NCBI GenBank assembly: GCA_043761585.1
Contig: JAYUNN010000035.1
Location: 32,706 to 96,705, forward strand
Direction: 5' to 3'
Source: a bacterium
GTDB lineage: Bacteria > Patescibacteriota > JACMRA01 > JAYUNN01
DNA length: 64,000 bases
Part shown: in pieces, positions 28,051-37,384 of the stretch
How positions within the stretch are numbered: position 1 is the stretch's first letter
Layout: every line of letters begins with the position of its first letter
Position numbers and translations under genes: made by a program
The notes under the pieces: generated by a model
The model's input: the letters and a program-made list of their open reading frames with translations, nothing else
Database searches by the model: none
Told to the model about the DNA's origin: nothing

Positions 28051-30375
28051 ATGTCTACCCAAAATCAATTACCATCAATTACCCTTTTTGACACATATTT
28101 AAGGCAAAACGTTAGCTTGAATATGGAAAATACAGTCGTTCCAGGCACTATAAAAATGTATTCCTGTGGCCCGACCGTGTATGGATATCAGCATATTGGC
28201 AATATGCGTGCAGTTTGGCTACCAGAGACGATCGCAAACCTAGCTAAAATGGCTGGTTACGAGGTGGAATGGGTCTCAAATATCACCGATGTTGGTCATT
28301 TGGTCGATGACGGTGATGACGGTGAAGATAAACTAGAAAAAGGTGCCAAGCGTGACGGCAAAGATGTCAGATCGATAGTGGATTTTTATACTGATGATTT
28401 TATAGTGCAGTGCAAAACCTTGAATTTTGACTTACCTACAGGCAAAATGAACCCGAAAGCTACTGAGTATATCCAGGAGCAGATGATTTTGGCCTTAAGC
28501 CTACTTCGAGATCAAAAAGCCTACCTTTTAGAGGATGGTATTTATTTTGATAGCGATAAACTCAAAACTCAAAACTCAGAAAAAGCAACAAATAATCTTG
28601 AGAAAATTGTAGAAAAAATCCAAATATTAAAATCTAAAAAGAATCACAAGCCTTTTATAGTAGTTATTGATGGGCGAGCTGGAAGCGGTAAAAGTACCTT
28701 GGCTAAAGAAATCCACTCCCAAATCGATGATTCAAAATATTTCAATTTAGATGCTTATACAATTCGTGGTGGTAATTCATTTAATCAACTAAATATTGAT
28801 CAAACTTTTGAGGCAGACTTTGAAAATACGCAATATGAAACCGATCGAATTGCAGCGGAGATATTAAAAAATCAGGGCAGTTTAATCATTTTAGATGGTT
28901 GTTTTAGTTATAAAAATTTAGCTAATATTGAGATCGATTTTAAAATATGGGTCGAAGTAGACAAAGATACTGCCTTGGAAAGGGCATTGGCTAAAGAGCT
29001 CACAAAAGATCAAGACGCAAGTCTAGAAACGATCAAACTATCAAGTGTAAAATGTCAAGAAGCCGAAGATAGGTATATTTTGGAGTTTGACCCTAAAAAT
29101 AGGGCAGACCTAAGTATTTTTGCACGAAACCATAACTATGAAATTATTGAAAATATCAAAAACTACACTGGTCGCGACATCAAAAACACTACTAAAAATC
29201 CTGAAGATTTCGCACTTTGGAAATTTGTCGATGAGAAGAGTCTGCAAAAATGGCGAATGGGGGACTTTACTGGTGCAAATCAAATCATTGAGCAAATTAA
29301 AAATGCATCGAATTCACAAGACTTAATCCAAACTCCTATCAACCAACAACAAGAGAATAATCGAGTTTTTACTCAAACCTTGGATTTTGAGGCTTTGTAC
29401 AGTAGTTGGAGCTGTCCAGGTTGGCACTCTGAGTGCGTGGCCATGATTAGCCAGATTATCGGGTCAAAGCGATTTAGTTTCGTAAATCAAGTTAAAAATA
29501 GCCAGTCTGATATAGGTTCCAGTGAAATTAAGCGTGTAGAAAATATCAAAGCTGAAATAGATATTCACACGGGCGGCGAAGATCATATCGATATTCACCA
29601 TAAAAATGAGCGATTACAGTCTAAAGCCATGGGTTTTGAGCTCTCAAAATATTGGGTTCACAATAAATTTGTTACCGTAGATGCCAAAAAAATGAGTAAA
29701 AGTCTGGGAAATGTCTATACGGTTACAGGTAAATTTACCAAAACTGGCTTTTATAGCTTTGAAAATCCACCGATAAATCAATTTAACCCAGAGTTGAAAC
29801 ACCAAATCGCGAAAAAATATCTTGAACTTAAGCTTATCAAAAATGTTGCAGAAATAGACTGGGATAACTTTAAATTTGATCCTTTAGCATTTAGGATGCT
29901 GCTGATGGAACATCATTACACCGATCAAATGAATTTCACTTGGGACAAACTTTGGCAAAGTCAGATGAGACTTTGGGGGCTGCGCAAAGAGGCAGCTAAA
30001 CTACAAGATCAAAACTCCATCCAAAGTGCTCATAAATCAGTTAATTTTGAAAATCTACTTAGCATTTTAGCCAATAATTTAGATATTCCAAATTTTTTGG
30101 AAAAATATCATGCACTGCTAGTGCAGACAGCTCAAACAAATCAACTGGATAATATTTACACACTTGATTATCTAGACCAAAACTTCTTGAAGTTAAGCCT
30201 CTTCAGACCTCAAACAGAAGCAAAAATTCTTGATTTGGCCTCGATTCGTCAAAAATTTAAAGCGGAAAAAGACTATCAAAAATCTGATGAAGTTCGTGCT
30301 AAAATCCAAGAGTTTGGCTATCAGGTTGATGATTATTCTGTAGGTTGTGGACTTTGGTGGCGAGGCGATCGCTAG
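28051..30375 (+). CDS. cysS: cysteinyl-tRNA synthetase with a ~210-aa insertion containing a P-loop kinase-like domain
   Basis: HIGH motif (YQHIGNMR), DFALWKF, the zinc/active-site context CPGWHSECVAM, and KMSKS. Between YFDSDK and NPEDFALWK lie a Walker A (VVIDGRAGSGKSTLAKE), a Walker B-like segment (SLIILDGCF) and the Udk-like FKIWVEVDKDTALERALAKE. Confidence 0.85.
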   Translation: MSTQNQLPSITLFDTYLRQNVSLNMENTVVPGTIKMYSCGPTVYGYQHIGNMRAVWLPETIANLAKMAGYEVEWVSNITDVGHLVDDGDDGEDKLEKGAKRDGKDVRSIVDFYTDDFIVQCKTLNFDLPTGKMNPKATEYIQEQMILALSLLRDQKAYLLEDGIYFDSDKLKTQNSEKATNNLEKIVEKIQILKSKKNHKPFIVVIDGRAGSGKSTLAKEIHSQIDDSKYFNLDAYTIRGGNSFNQLNIDQTFEADFENTQYETDRIAAEILKNQGSLIILDGCFSYKNLANIEIDFKIWVEVDKDTALERALAKELTKDQDASLETIKLSSVKCQEAEDRYILEFDPKNRADLSIFARNHNYEIIENIKNYTGRDIKNTTKNPEDFALWKFVDEKSLQKWRMGDFTGANQIIEQIKNASNSQDLIQTPINQQQENNRVFTQTLDFEALYSSWSCPGWHSECVAMISQIIGSKRFSFVNQVKNSQSDIGSSEIKRVENIKAEIDIHTGGEDHIDIHHKNERLQSKAMGFELSKYWVHNKFVTVDAKKMSKSLGNVYTVTGKFTKTGFYSFENPPINQFNPELKHQIAKKYLELKLIKNVAEIDWDNFKFDPLAFRMLLMEHHYTDQMNFTWDKLWQSQMRLWGLRKEAAKLQDQNSIQSAHKSVNFENLLSILANNLDIPNFLEKYHALLVQTAQTNQLDNIYTLDYLDQNFLKLSLFRPQTEAKILDLASIRQKFKAEKDYQKSDEVRAKIQEFGYQVDDYSVGCGLWWRGDR

Positions 30376-30472
30376 AATCGACAAGTAAATTCTTAAGCCA
30401 AGTTGCTAAATCAAGAGCTAGGCGTAAATTTATCAGTAAGATTTACTAATCCAATCTCAAGAAAAAGAGGGT

Positions 30473-31192
30473 TTAAATAAGTAGTTGGGCCCAAACTAAA
30501 CGATTGAGAACACTGGCTTGGTTTAATTTTTTGGCAATCAAAATATTTTCAAAAATATGAGCCAGCTTCACACTCGAGTCATTTTTCAAGATAACCTCGC
30601 TTAAGAAATACTCTAGTTGCCAGAGCCAAATTTCCAGACCTTCTCGGGAAATATTTTTAAAATTAGGATTTTGGATTTTTTGATTTTGGATTAAATTTTG
30701 AATAAAGGCTCGAGCTTCGGGTAGCCCAGCAGTCAACTCGGCATTTTTTTCCCGATCGATGTATTTTAAAGCTATCTGAGTCGGTAAAACCCTGAGATCG
30801 CAGCGTGAAATTATAGTTGTAAGCGCTTGGGACTTAGTTCTAGCTGTTAGAATCAGGTTTAGGTTACTAGGTGGCTCTTCTATAAAACGCAGCAGGCCTT
30901 GTTGCATTGGCAGGCTAATTTTTGATAAACTTCCTAAAATTAGATAAGTCGGTCGATCATAGCGAATAAAAAGTGGAACCAGAGTGTTAGCCAAATCTTC
31001 TTTACTTTGCGTCCCTAGCGTTAGAATTTGCTTAGAATTAATCAGGCATTCAGTCTCGTGTTTATCAAAATTGGTTTTAAAATTTGTCCAATCGATATGC
31101 CTGAAATCGCTACTATTTAAAATATTAGTTGCTAAATCCTGAGCTAAGCGCACCTCATCGACTAAAAAGTTGGTTATCAGCAAGTGATTCAT
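30473..31192 (-). CDS. holB: DNA polymerase III delta-prime-like clamp-loader subunit (P-loop absent or degenerate)
   Basis: PMQQGLLRFIEEPPSNLNLILTARTKSQALTTIISRC matches the NALLKTLEEPP...TI.SRC signature. Confidence 0.6.
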   Translation of the reverse strand: MNHLLITNFLVDEVRLAQDLATNILNSSDFRHIDWTNFKTNFDKHETECLINSKQILTLGTQSKEDLANTLVPLFIRYDRPTYLILGSLSKISLPMQQGLLRFIEEPPSNLNLILTARTKSQALTTIISRCDLRVLPTQIALKYIDREKNAELTAGLPEARAFIQNLIQNQKIQNPNFKNISREGLEIWLWQLEYFLSEVILKNDSSVKLAHIFENILIAKKLNQASVLNRLVWAQLLI

Positions 31193-31267
31193 ACTCTAAC
31201 TATAGATTTTCTGGACAATTTTTGTCAAAATTTAGAAATTGACTTGATTTGTATGGTCGTAGTGCAA

Positions 31268-31360
31268 GTTGGTTCTTCTGAAGTTTGCTACATCAAATCA
31301 CTTTAGCTATGTAAAAATGATTACCACAAAGGTAGGGTTTTGTAGTGCTAAAGATTCCAA
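31268..31360 (+). repeat. possible partial copy (3' half) of element family X
   Basis: gaagtttgctacatcaaatcacttt resembles atagtttgctactcatcaattcgctt at 60328-60353, and cacaaaggtagggttttgtagtgc resembles the X 3' block. Confidence 0.3.
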
Positions 31361-31621
31361 AAGCCTTAATGAGGTGCGAAATAAAGTGATTTAATTTTCT
31401 ATAAATACATCTTATTTTAAAGAGTTTCGTTATTTGGATTAAAAATAATTTAGTATTTATTACTATTTGAAGCAAATTAATCAAGGTGCGCATTACCCTA
31501 AATTTCAAGGCAATTTCAAGGCTTTAACTGTGCAAAATATATAACTAACTAATTGCTCTCTAAATAAGATCAAGCAAAGAAAAACCAGCCTCGCGAAAAA
31601 GACTGGTTTGTTAAGATAATT

Positions 31622-31696
31622 TGGTGGACGGTGAGGGATTCGAACCCCCGACCCTCTCGGTGTAAACGAGATGCTCTACCACTGAGCCAACCGTCC
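31622..31696 (-). tRNA. tRNA-Val (anticodon UAC), CCA encoded
   Basis: Hand-folded: GGACGGT-TG-GCTC-AGTGGTA-GAGC-A-TCTCG-TTTACAC-CGAGA-GGGTC-GGGGG-TTCGAAT-CCCTC-ACCGTCC-ACCA. Confidence 0.9.
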
Positions 31697-31721
31697 AAAT
31701 ACCTTCTAAAGTATATAGATT

Positions 31722-32060
31722 TTATTTGATTTCGTCAAGTTTAAATCGTGTGACCAAGATAGCTAAAAGGTTTAAGAGACCTAAAATGATACAACCCCAA
31801 AGTAAATTTCGGTTTGCAGTAACACCTAAAAGGTTTGGTGAGAAAGCAGTTAGAATAGCTAAAACTGCCCATATTAAAACCACAAGTCTGGTATTAAGCA
31901 ATTTCATAATTCCAAAGTTAAAATCACTTACTCCACCTAAAATTAGATATAAGAACCCCAATATTATTAAGCCAATTTCAACTTGACCAAATGCAAAACT
32001 AGAAACTAGAAGTGCTAGTCCTGAAATATAAGTTAAAGCGATACTGTTATTAGGGTTCAT
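31722..32060 (-). CDS. small hypothetical membrane protein (4 TM)
   Basis: A 112-aa, strongly hydrophobic ORF immediately downstream of rplS. Confidence 0.5.
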   Translation of the reverse strand: MNPNNSIALTYISGLALLVSSFAFGQVEIGLIILGFLYLILGGVSDFNFGIMKLLNTRLVVLIWAVLAILTAFSPNLLGVTANRNLLWGCIILGLLNLLAILVTRFKLDEIK

Positions 32061-32093
32061 AATATTTAAATTTAAATGTTGCCTGGAATTATT

Positions 32094-32507
32094 TTAAGCT
32101 ATGGTAGATTTTTCAATGGTTGGAGCTACAGCCCTAGGCATTACTTTTTTAGCAGATTTAGCTCGAATGGACTTATTTGGATCTTTAATTTGAGAAAGAT
32201 AGTAAAGCTTAGACTTTCGTCCTCTTTGCTCGACCACCACTTCGATTTTTTGGATCATTGGTGAATGGAGCGGGAAAATTCTAGTTACTTTAATACCAGC
32301 AGTAGCATTTTTAAGAACTGTGAAACTGCCATCAACGCCTGCGCCGTTTTTCTTTACAATAACTATTCCTTCAAAAATCTGAACACGCTCTTTGGCTCCT
32401 TCACGAATAAAATAGTGTACTTTGACAATTGAGCCAGTTGTAAAGTTTGGAATGTCAGCTTTCAGCTGAGCAGTTACTATGGCACTTGAGTTAATTATAT
32501 CAGACAT
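32094..32507 (-). CDS. rplS: 50S ribosomal protein L19
   Basis: FTTGSIVKVHYFIREGAKERVQIFEGIVI...RIFPLHSPMIQKIEVV matches L19. Confidence 0.9.
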   Translation of the reverse strand: MSDIINSSAIVTAQLKADIPNFTTGSIVKVHYFIREGAKERVQIFEGIVIVKKNGAGVDGSFTVLKNATAGIKVTRIFPLHSPMIQKIEVVVEQRGRKSKLYYLSQIKDPNKSIRAKSAKKVMPRAVAPTIEKSTIA

Positions 32508-32540
32508 GGTTTGGTTTTATATTGATTAGAAACATTCTAT

Positions 32541-33794
32541 TTACTTTGATTCTTGAGCAGTTTCAACTTCTGGCTTTGGAGTGACCTCCACCTTGTCAGC
32601 TTTGTTAGAGTCGTCGTGCTTTGGCAGGTCACGTCTAGCTTTGATCTCGGTGTCTATTTTTAGAGCCTCATCATAAGCCAAAAGTGATAGTGATAAGCGA
32701 TAGTCAGTTGGATGAATTTCAATTACTGTAAAATCATACTCTTGACCAACTTTCAAAATATCATGAATTTTAGCTGGGTTGTCCATAGGTGTAGCACTCA
32801 TTTGACCGATATAGCATAAGCCTTGGATTTGGTTTTCGGTAACACAAATAGCACCATATGAAGTGATCTTAGTGACTTTAGCTTTGATAGTACTGCCAAC
32901 TCTAGTTGAATCAGCAAAATGAACCCAAGGATTTTCTTGTGTTTGTTTGATTGATAGATTTACTCGACCATCACCATCAATTGAAATAATTTTAGCATTA
33001 ACTAGTTGAGCTAAACTAAAGCTCTCGCGTGGATCTTCAACTTTTTTCCAAGCTAGCTCAGAAATGTGAATTAAACCTTCTAACTCTGTGTCGAAGCGGA
33101 TAAATAAACCAAAATCTACAATACCACTGACTCGTCCTTCAACGACATCACCAACTTTATACTTACTGAGTTTTTGACCTAACATTTCATCCGAAACGGC
33201 TTTTTCAGAAACAATCAACTTATCTGTTTCTCGATCTAAATCATCGATCTTAACTGCAAAGCTTGAACCGATATATTTTTGCATTTGCTTCAAAAGTGTA
33301 TTACTTTCACTAATTGAAGTTTGCTTGATAGAGTGTGAAGGTGAAAGTAAGCTAGCAGGTAAGAAACCAATTACACCACGAACTTTGACCATCAAACCAC
33401 CACGGTTGCAGTGCACAATTTTAGCGTCAGTAATAGATTTTTTCTCGTAGATATCCTGAAGCTCATTCCAGATTTGATCTCGACCAATGGCTCTAAAACT
33501 CATTTCTACCATTCCTTTTTCATTTTCAAGACTTAAAACTAGAGCCTCAACTTCAGCGCCTGGTTTGATACTGCTCAGATATTCATCATTGTAAAGTTCC
33601 ATTCCGCGAACTACACCTAAGCCAATTGTGGGTAAGTCTACCAAGACTTCATTTTTAGAGATGGATAAAACCATACCTTTGACCACTTGGCCAACACTTA
33701 TATCTTTATATACTTCTGGTGCTGTACTTGCGTAGGCGATCAAGTCGCTCATACCCGGCTGGGTATCTGAATTTAAATTTGATGGATTAGTCAT
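32541..33794 (-). CDS. rpsA: 30S ribosomal protein S1 (four S1 domains)
   Basis: Repeated S1 OB-fold patterns: G.VV.G.V..I......VD, then GF.P, then GLIHISE. Confidence 0.85.
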   Translation of the reverse strand: MTNPSNLNSDTQPGMSDLIAYASTAPEVYKDISVGQVVKGMVLSISKNEVLVDLPTIGLGVVRGMELYNDEYLSSIKPGAEVEALVLSLENEKGMVEMSFRAIGRDQIWNELQDIYEKKSITDAKIVHCNRGGLMVKVRGVIGFLPASLLSPSHSIKQTSISESNTLLKQMQKYIGSSFAVKIDDLDRETDKLIVSEKAVSDEMLGQKLSKYKVGDVVEGRVSGIVDFGLFIRFDTELEGLIHISELAWKKVEDPRESFSLAQLVNAKIISIDGDGRVNLSIKQTQENPWVHFADSTRVGSTIKAKVTKITSYGAICVTENQIQGLCYIGQMSATPMDNPAKIHDILKVGQEYDFTVIEIHPTDYRLSLSLLAYDEALKIDTEIKARRDLPKHDDSNKADKVEVTPKPEVETAQESK

Positions 33795-33945
33795 AATTGA
33801 TAATACTTAAAAAACACTCATCATCGATTAGGTTACAAAACCTGCTCCGAGCTTTATTTTTAAGAGAATTTTAATAAAAAACTTTCAGTTATGACTTTGC
33901 TTTATTTGCAGCAATTTGTCAAGAAAAAAATAGCTTTGAAACTTT

Positions 33946-36144
33946 CTAAAAGTCAATAATCACGCCTTCACCATTGGAATTTAGCAGTCTATTTATATTG
34001 GAACTTGGTTCAATTAAATCAATTAAATTACCATTTTGCCCAACACTGATATTGTTGTTGCTAAAAGCCGGGACTGGATAAAAAACAAAATTGCTTTGCC
34101 TTGTCTTGTAACGTAGCGTCAGCTCGGTGGTATCTTCCTCGTTGACATAAGTGCCGATGACTAAGCTTTGATCACTTTGTTGATAGGTAAAACTTGTGCC
34201 GTTTAGATCGTTGCTGCTTTGTATGACTTTCTCTATAGCAGCTGGAGTATACAATTCCTTTTTTCCTTGATCCTTGATATTTAAAGAGTAAAATGGTCGT
34301 ATAAATGGAGTTTTATAGCTTTGTTCAGATTCTAAAGAATATTCTGTAGCGTCTTTTGGGAGCTGAAAAGCTAAAAAGGTAACACCATTTCCAGAATTAT
34401 ATTTTCGTTGCAATAAATTTAAATTTTTGTAATTACGACTATATTTGAGCACAACTTCAAAGTTGCCGCCACTTTCCGGAGTGAGATTTATATTAAAATC
34501 ATGAATTGCAAAAATATCTCTTTTGTCAGCAGATAAATTGGCTTGTAAAAAAGCTAAAGTCGCGGTTTGGTGGTTTGATTGACCGCAATCTAACTGAGTC
34601 ACAGTAACCCAAAGAAGCTTGCATGAAATCCCAACTTGATTGTTTTTTTGGCAAGTTTGAGTACCTGCAAAATTTATTAATTCCCATAGGTTTTCTAAAT
34701 TTATATTTTTTGACCAAATCTGAATGTCTCGAGTATATCCTGATTTTAGCCATTCTAGCCCACGTTCAATCAAATCTTGATTTGCTAATATTTTATCAAT
34801 ATTTAATACCAAACTAAGTAAAATTGTACCAATTGCTGATTTAGGATTTGAAATATCTTGGATTTCAATAGCAGTTAGCTTCTCGATTTGATCGTAAAAA
34901 TTCGCTTGAGTTAAAGTAATTTGATTTTTAGATTTATTATTCGTTGAGCCACTTAAGTCACCTAGATCGACTTTTAACTCAGTTTTACTGTCAAATAGAT
35001 TTTTGATTAAGTTTGGAGTCAAAAAAATCACAGTATCGGCACTTTGACCTTTCTTTGCCTGACTAAATTCACTCTCAATTAAGCTTGCCGAGTCGGGAAA
35101 ACATGAAAAATAGTTTAGATTTTTAATACCATGTGGCTGGTATCGACCATACTGCAGGTCGTAGTACCAGTTTACTGGAAAAGTCATCAAGGTTTTGCTT
35201 TGATCTTCCTCCACTTTATAAATCGATTCACCTTTGCCTATGTCAAACCGGCCTTGAGTAATATTTATAGATAAATATGAGCCAATAAAACCGCCAGTTG
35301 GCCTGGATTCACCCAAGTTTTGATTAAAAATTAAAATTTTATGTATATTTTGATACCCTAAAAAATCTAGTATAGCTAGTCTGTTTTGATAAATTTGGCG
35401 TATCAAGTCAATTATGTCATCACTCAACCCCAGAAGCTGGCGTATTTTTTCAACTTGGGCGTTTGGTAGCCAAAAAACCCAACTAATTAAATTTTTAATT
35501 TTTTGCAGAAATTGCTCAGTTTGTCTCAGTAAATCAGGCAATCGATCGAAAAATATTTGTAAATATTCGGTAAAATTTTTTGGCAAATTAGAACTTAAGC
35601 CATCGCTACCAATTTTAAATTGAACTAAGTCTTGAGTGGATTCGATCCAGTTTTGAGCTAAGCTCCAGCTTTCTGACACAAGACTTCGAGTATCTACTAT
35701 GGGCCAGAGCTTGCTATCTAGCGGTTTTAGCTCTTGATCCAGGGTATTGATTAGAGCCTGAGCTTCTTGGATTGAATTTTGTAAATTTTGTTTATTTTTT
35801 AAAGTTGCTAAAATTTGTAGCATTTTTTGCGCTATCTGGGTCGAGCTCTGGGCGATCTTTTGATTTGTATTTATGAAACTATTGGTGATATTAGTTGAAA
35901 ATAGTAGTAACGCCAGCAGTATAGAAATAGTGGTAATAAGTTTTACACGTTGACTGGATTTGCGTTTTAAGTTTTGCCAGTTTCTAAAATTAGCCTTGAT
36001 CAAATTTAGTTTTGACCAGCGTTTTTGGTCAACATTAGGACTTGCTTCAAATTCAAACGGATGATCATGGCGAAGTTTTCTAAGCCGATCAAACTTTGAA
36101 TCTTCATCGGGTCCATAAATTTCATCAGACTCATCTTTTGACAT
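33946..36144 (-). CDS. DUF4012-like membrane-anchored protein
   Basis: An N-terminal TM is followed by ESRPTGGFIGSYLSI, which I recall as the DUF4012 signature (RPTGGFIGSY). Confidence 0.6.
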   Translation of the reverse strand: MSKDESDEIYGPDEDSKFDRLRKLRHDHPFEFEASPNVDQKRWSKLNLIKANFRNWQNLKRKSSQRVKLITTISILLALLLFSTNITNSFINTNQKIAQSSTQIAQKMLQILATLKNKQNLQNSIQEAQALINTLDQELKPLDSKLWPIVDTRSLVSESWSLAQNWIESTQDLVQFKIGSDGLSSNLPKNFTEYLQIFFDRLPDLLRQTEQFLQKIKNLISWVFWLPNAQVEKIRQLLGLSDDIIDLIRQIYQNRLAILDFLGYQNIHKILIFNQNLGESRPTGGFIGSYLSINITQGRFDIGKGESIYKVEEDQSKTLMTFPVNWYYDLQYGRYQPHGIKNLNYFSCFPDSASLIESEFSQAKKGQSADTVIFLTPNLIKNLFDSKTELKVDLGDLSGSTNNKSKNQITLTQANFYDQIEKLTAIEIQDISNPKSAIGTILLSLVLNIDKILANQDLIERGLEWLKSGYTRDIQIWSKNINLENLWELINFAGTQTCQKNNQVGISCKLLWVTVTQLDCGQSNHQTATLAFLQANLSADKRDIFAIHDFNINLTPESGGNFEVVLKYSRNYKNLNLLQRKYNSGNGVTFLAFQLPKDATEYSLESEQSYKTPFIRPFYSLNIKDQGKKELYTPAAIEKVIQSSNDLNGTSFTYQQSDQSLVIGTYVNEEDTTELTLRYKTRQSNFVFYPVPAFSNNNISVGQNGNLIDLIEPSSNINRLLNSNGEGVIIDF

Positions 36145-36298
36145 ACTAATACACTAAAATACTTTTTTATTCATTGCAAATTTTCAAAGTAAAGGCTAGT
36201 TGACAAAATACGCAAAATACCTTGTATATACTTATATTATTATACATTATTTTTAATAAAATCTTTTTGATATCTTTTCGTTTCACACTTCAAATTCT

Positions 36299-36964
36299 AT
36301 GTTTAAAATCAGTAAATCTATTGCATTTGTAATGCTAATTAGTTTAACAATTGTGTCATCTTTAGCTGCAGTTGAGGCTGGAGCTAAAACCAAAGCCCAA
36401 ATTAGTCGAACCAATGCCGCATTACAAGCCAAAAAAATAAAAGATGAGCGAGGTCGCCAAGCGGCTCAGCAGGTTGTTGTTAGAACTCCTTGGGATAATG
36501 GTAACGTTTACGATAGCGTCCAGGAGCTAGATGAATCTGGTGTAAATGAAACAATCCGCCAAATGTCACGCGACGTTGCTGATCAAAAATTGGTATACGT
36601 GAATCTTGCAAAACAATCATTCGTAGCTCTAGAAAACGGTGAGATAGTACGCAAAAGTAGCAGTGTCACGACTGGTAGAAATACATTTGATACTATTCAA
36701 GGTGAGTTTCAAATTTGGGATAAAACCTATAAAAAAACTTTACGTGCACCGAGTCCAAAATACGGTACCTACTCTTTAGCTGTAGATTATTGGATGCCTT
36801 TTCATAAAGGCTATGGGCTACATGACGCACCGTGGCGTTCGGTTTTCGGTGAGCAGAACTATAAAGTTGGTGGCTCACACGGCTGTGTAAATATGCAAAC
36901 TCCTGATGCAGAGTGGCTTTTCCAGTGGTCTAATATCGGTACAACAGTTTTTGTGAGTAAATAA
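36299..36964 (+). CDS. L,D-transpeptidase (YkuD domain)
   Basis: Signal peptide, and the catalytic motif YGLHDAPWR...GGSHGCVNM. Confidence 0.85.
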   Translation: MFKISKSIAFVMLISLTIVSSLAAVEAGAKTKAQISRTNAALQAKKIKDERGRQAAQQVVVRTPWDNGNVYDSVQELDESGVNETIRQMSRDVADQKLVYVNLAKQSFVALENGEIVRKSSSVTTGRNTFDTIQGEFQIWDKTYKKTLRAPSPKYGTYSLAVDYWMPFHKGYGLHDAPWRSVFGEQNYKVGGSHGCVNMQTPDAEWLFQWSNIGTTVFVSK

Positions 36965-37384
36965 TCGCACCAAAAGGTTTAGCTAAAATATACACCCATT
37001 ACAATATTTCACTTTGTTTTCCAAATTTGTTTTGGTTGAGAATGTGTAGTAAATGTCTTGGGTTTTTTGATTGTGGCAAGTGATAAACACATCTGAAGTT
37101 CTATCTCATATCTTCATCATAAGTTTATTAAATCGAAATAAGCTATTGCAACTCGGGCTACCTCATCTTTGTGCGGTGAGAAAACTTGTTTTAATTAAAG
37201 GTGATTGCACTTGACTTTTTGTATTTTTATGGTGTAAAAATAAATTTACTCGGTAGTAAAATTTGAGAATTTATGATTATAGTAATTTATTTCGTTGGTA
37301 AAATTTGCTATAAATCTGGATTTCAGGTAGAACTTTGAGATATTTATAATCAGCCGCGACCACAAAATTAAAATACTACAAAAC

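Noticed and set aside
31293-31508. A 71-aa minus-strand ORF in the holB / tRNA-Val intergenic region.
   Set aside because: The translation is AT-rich and low-complexity. It has no motif and overlaps a possible partial X element.
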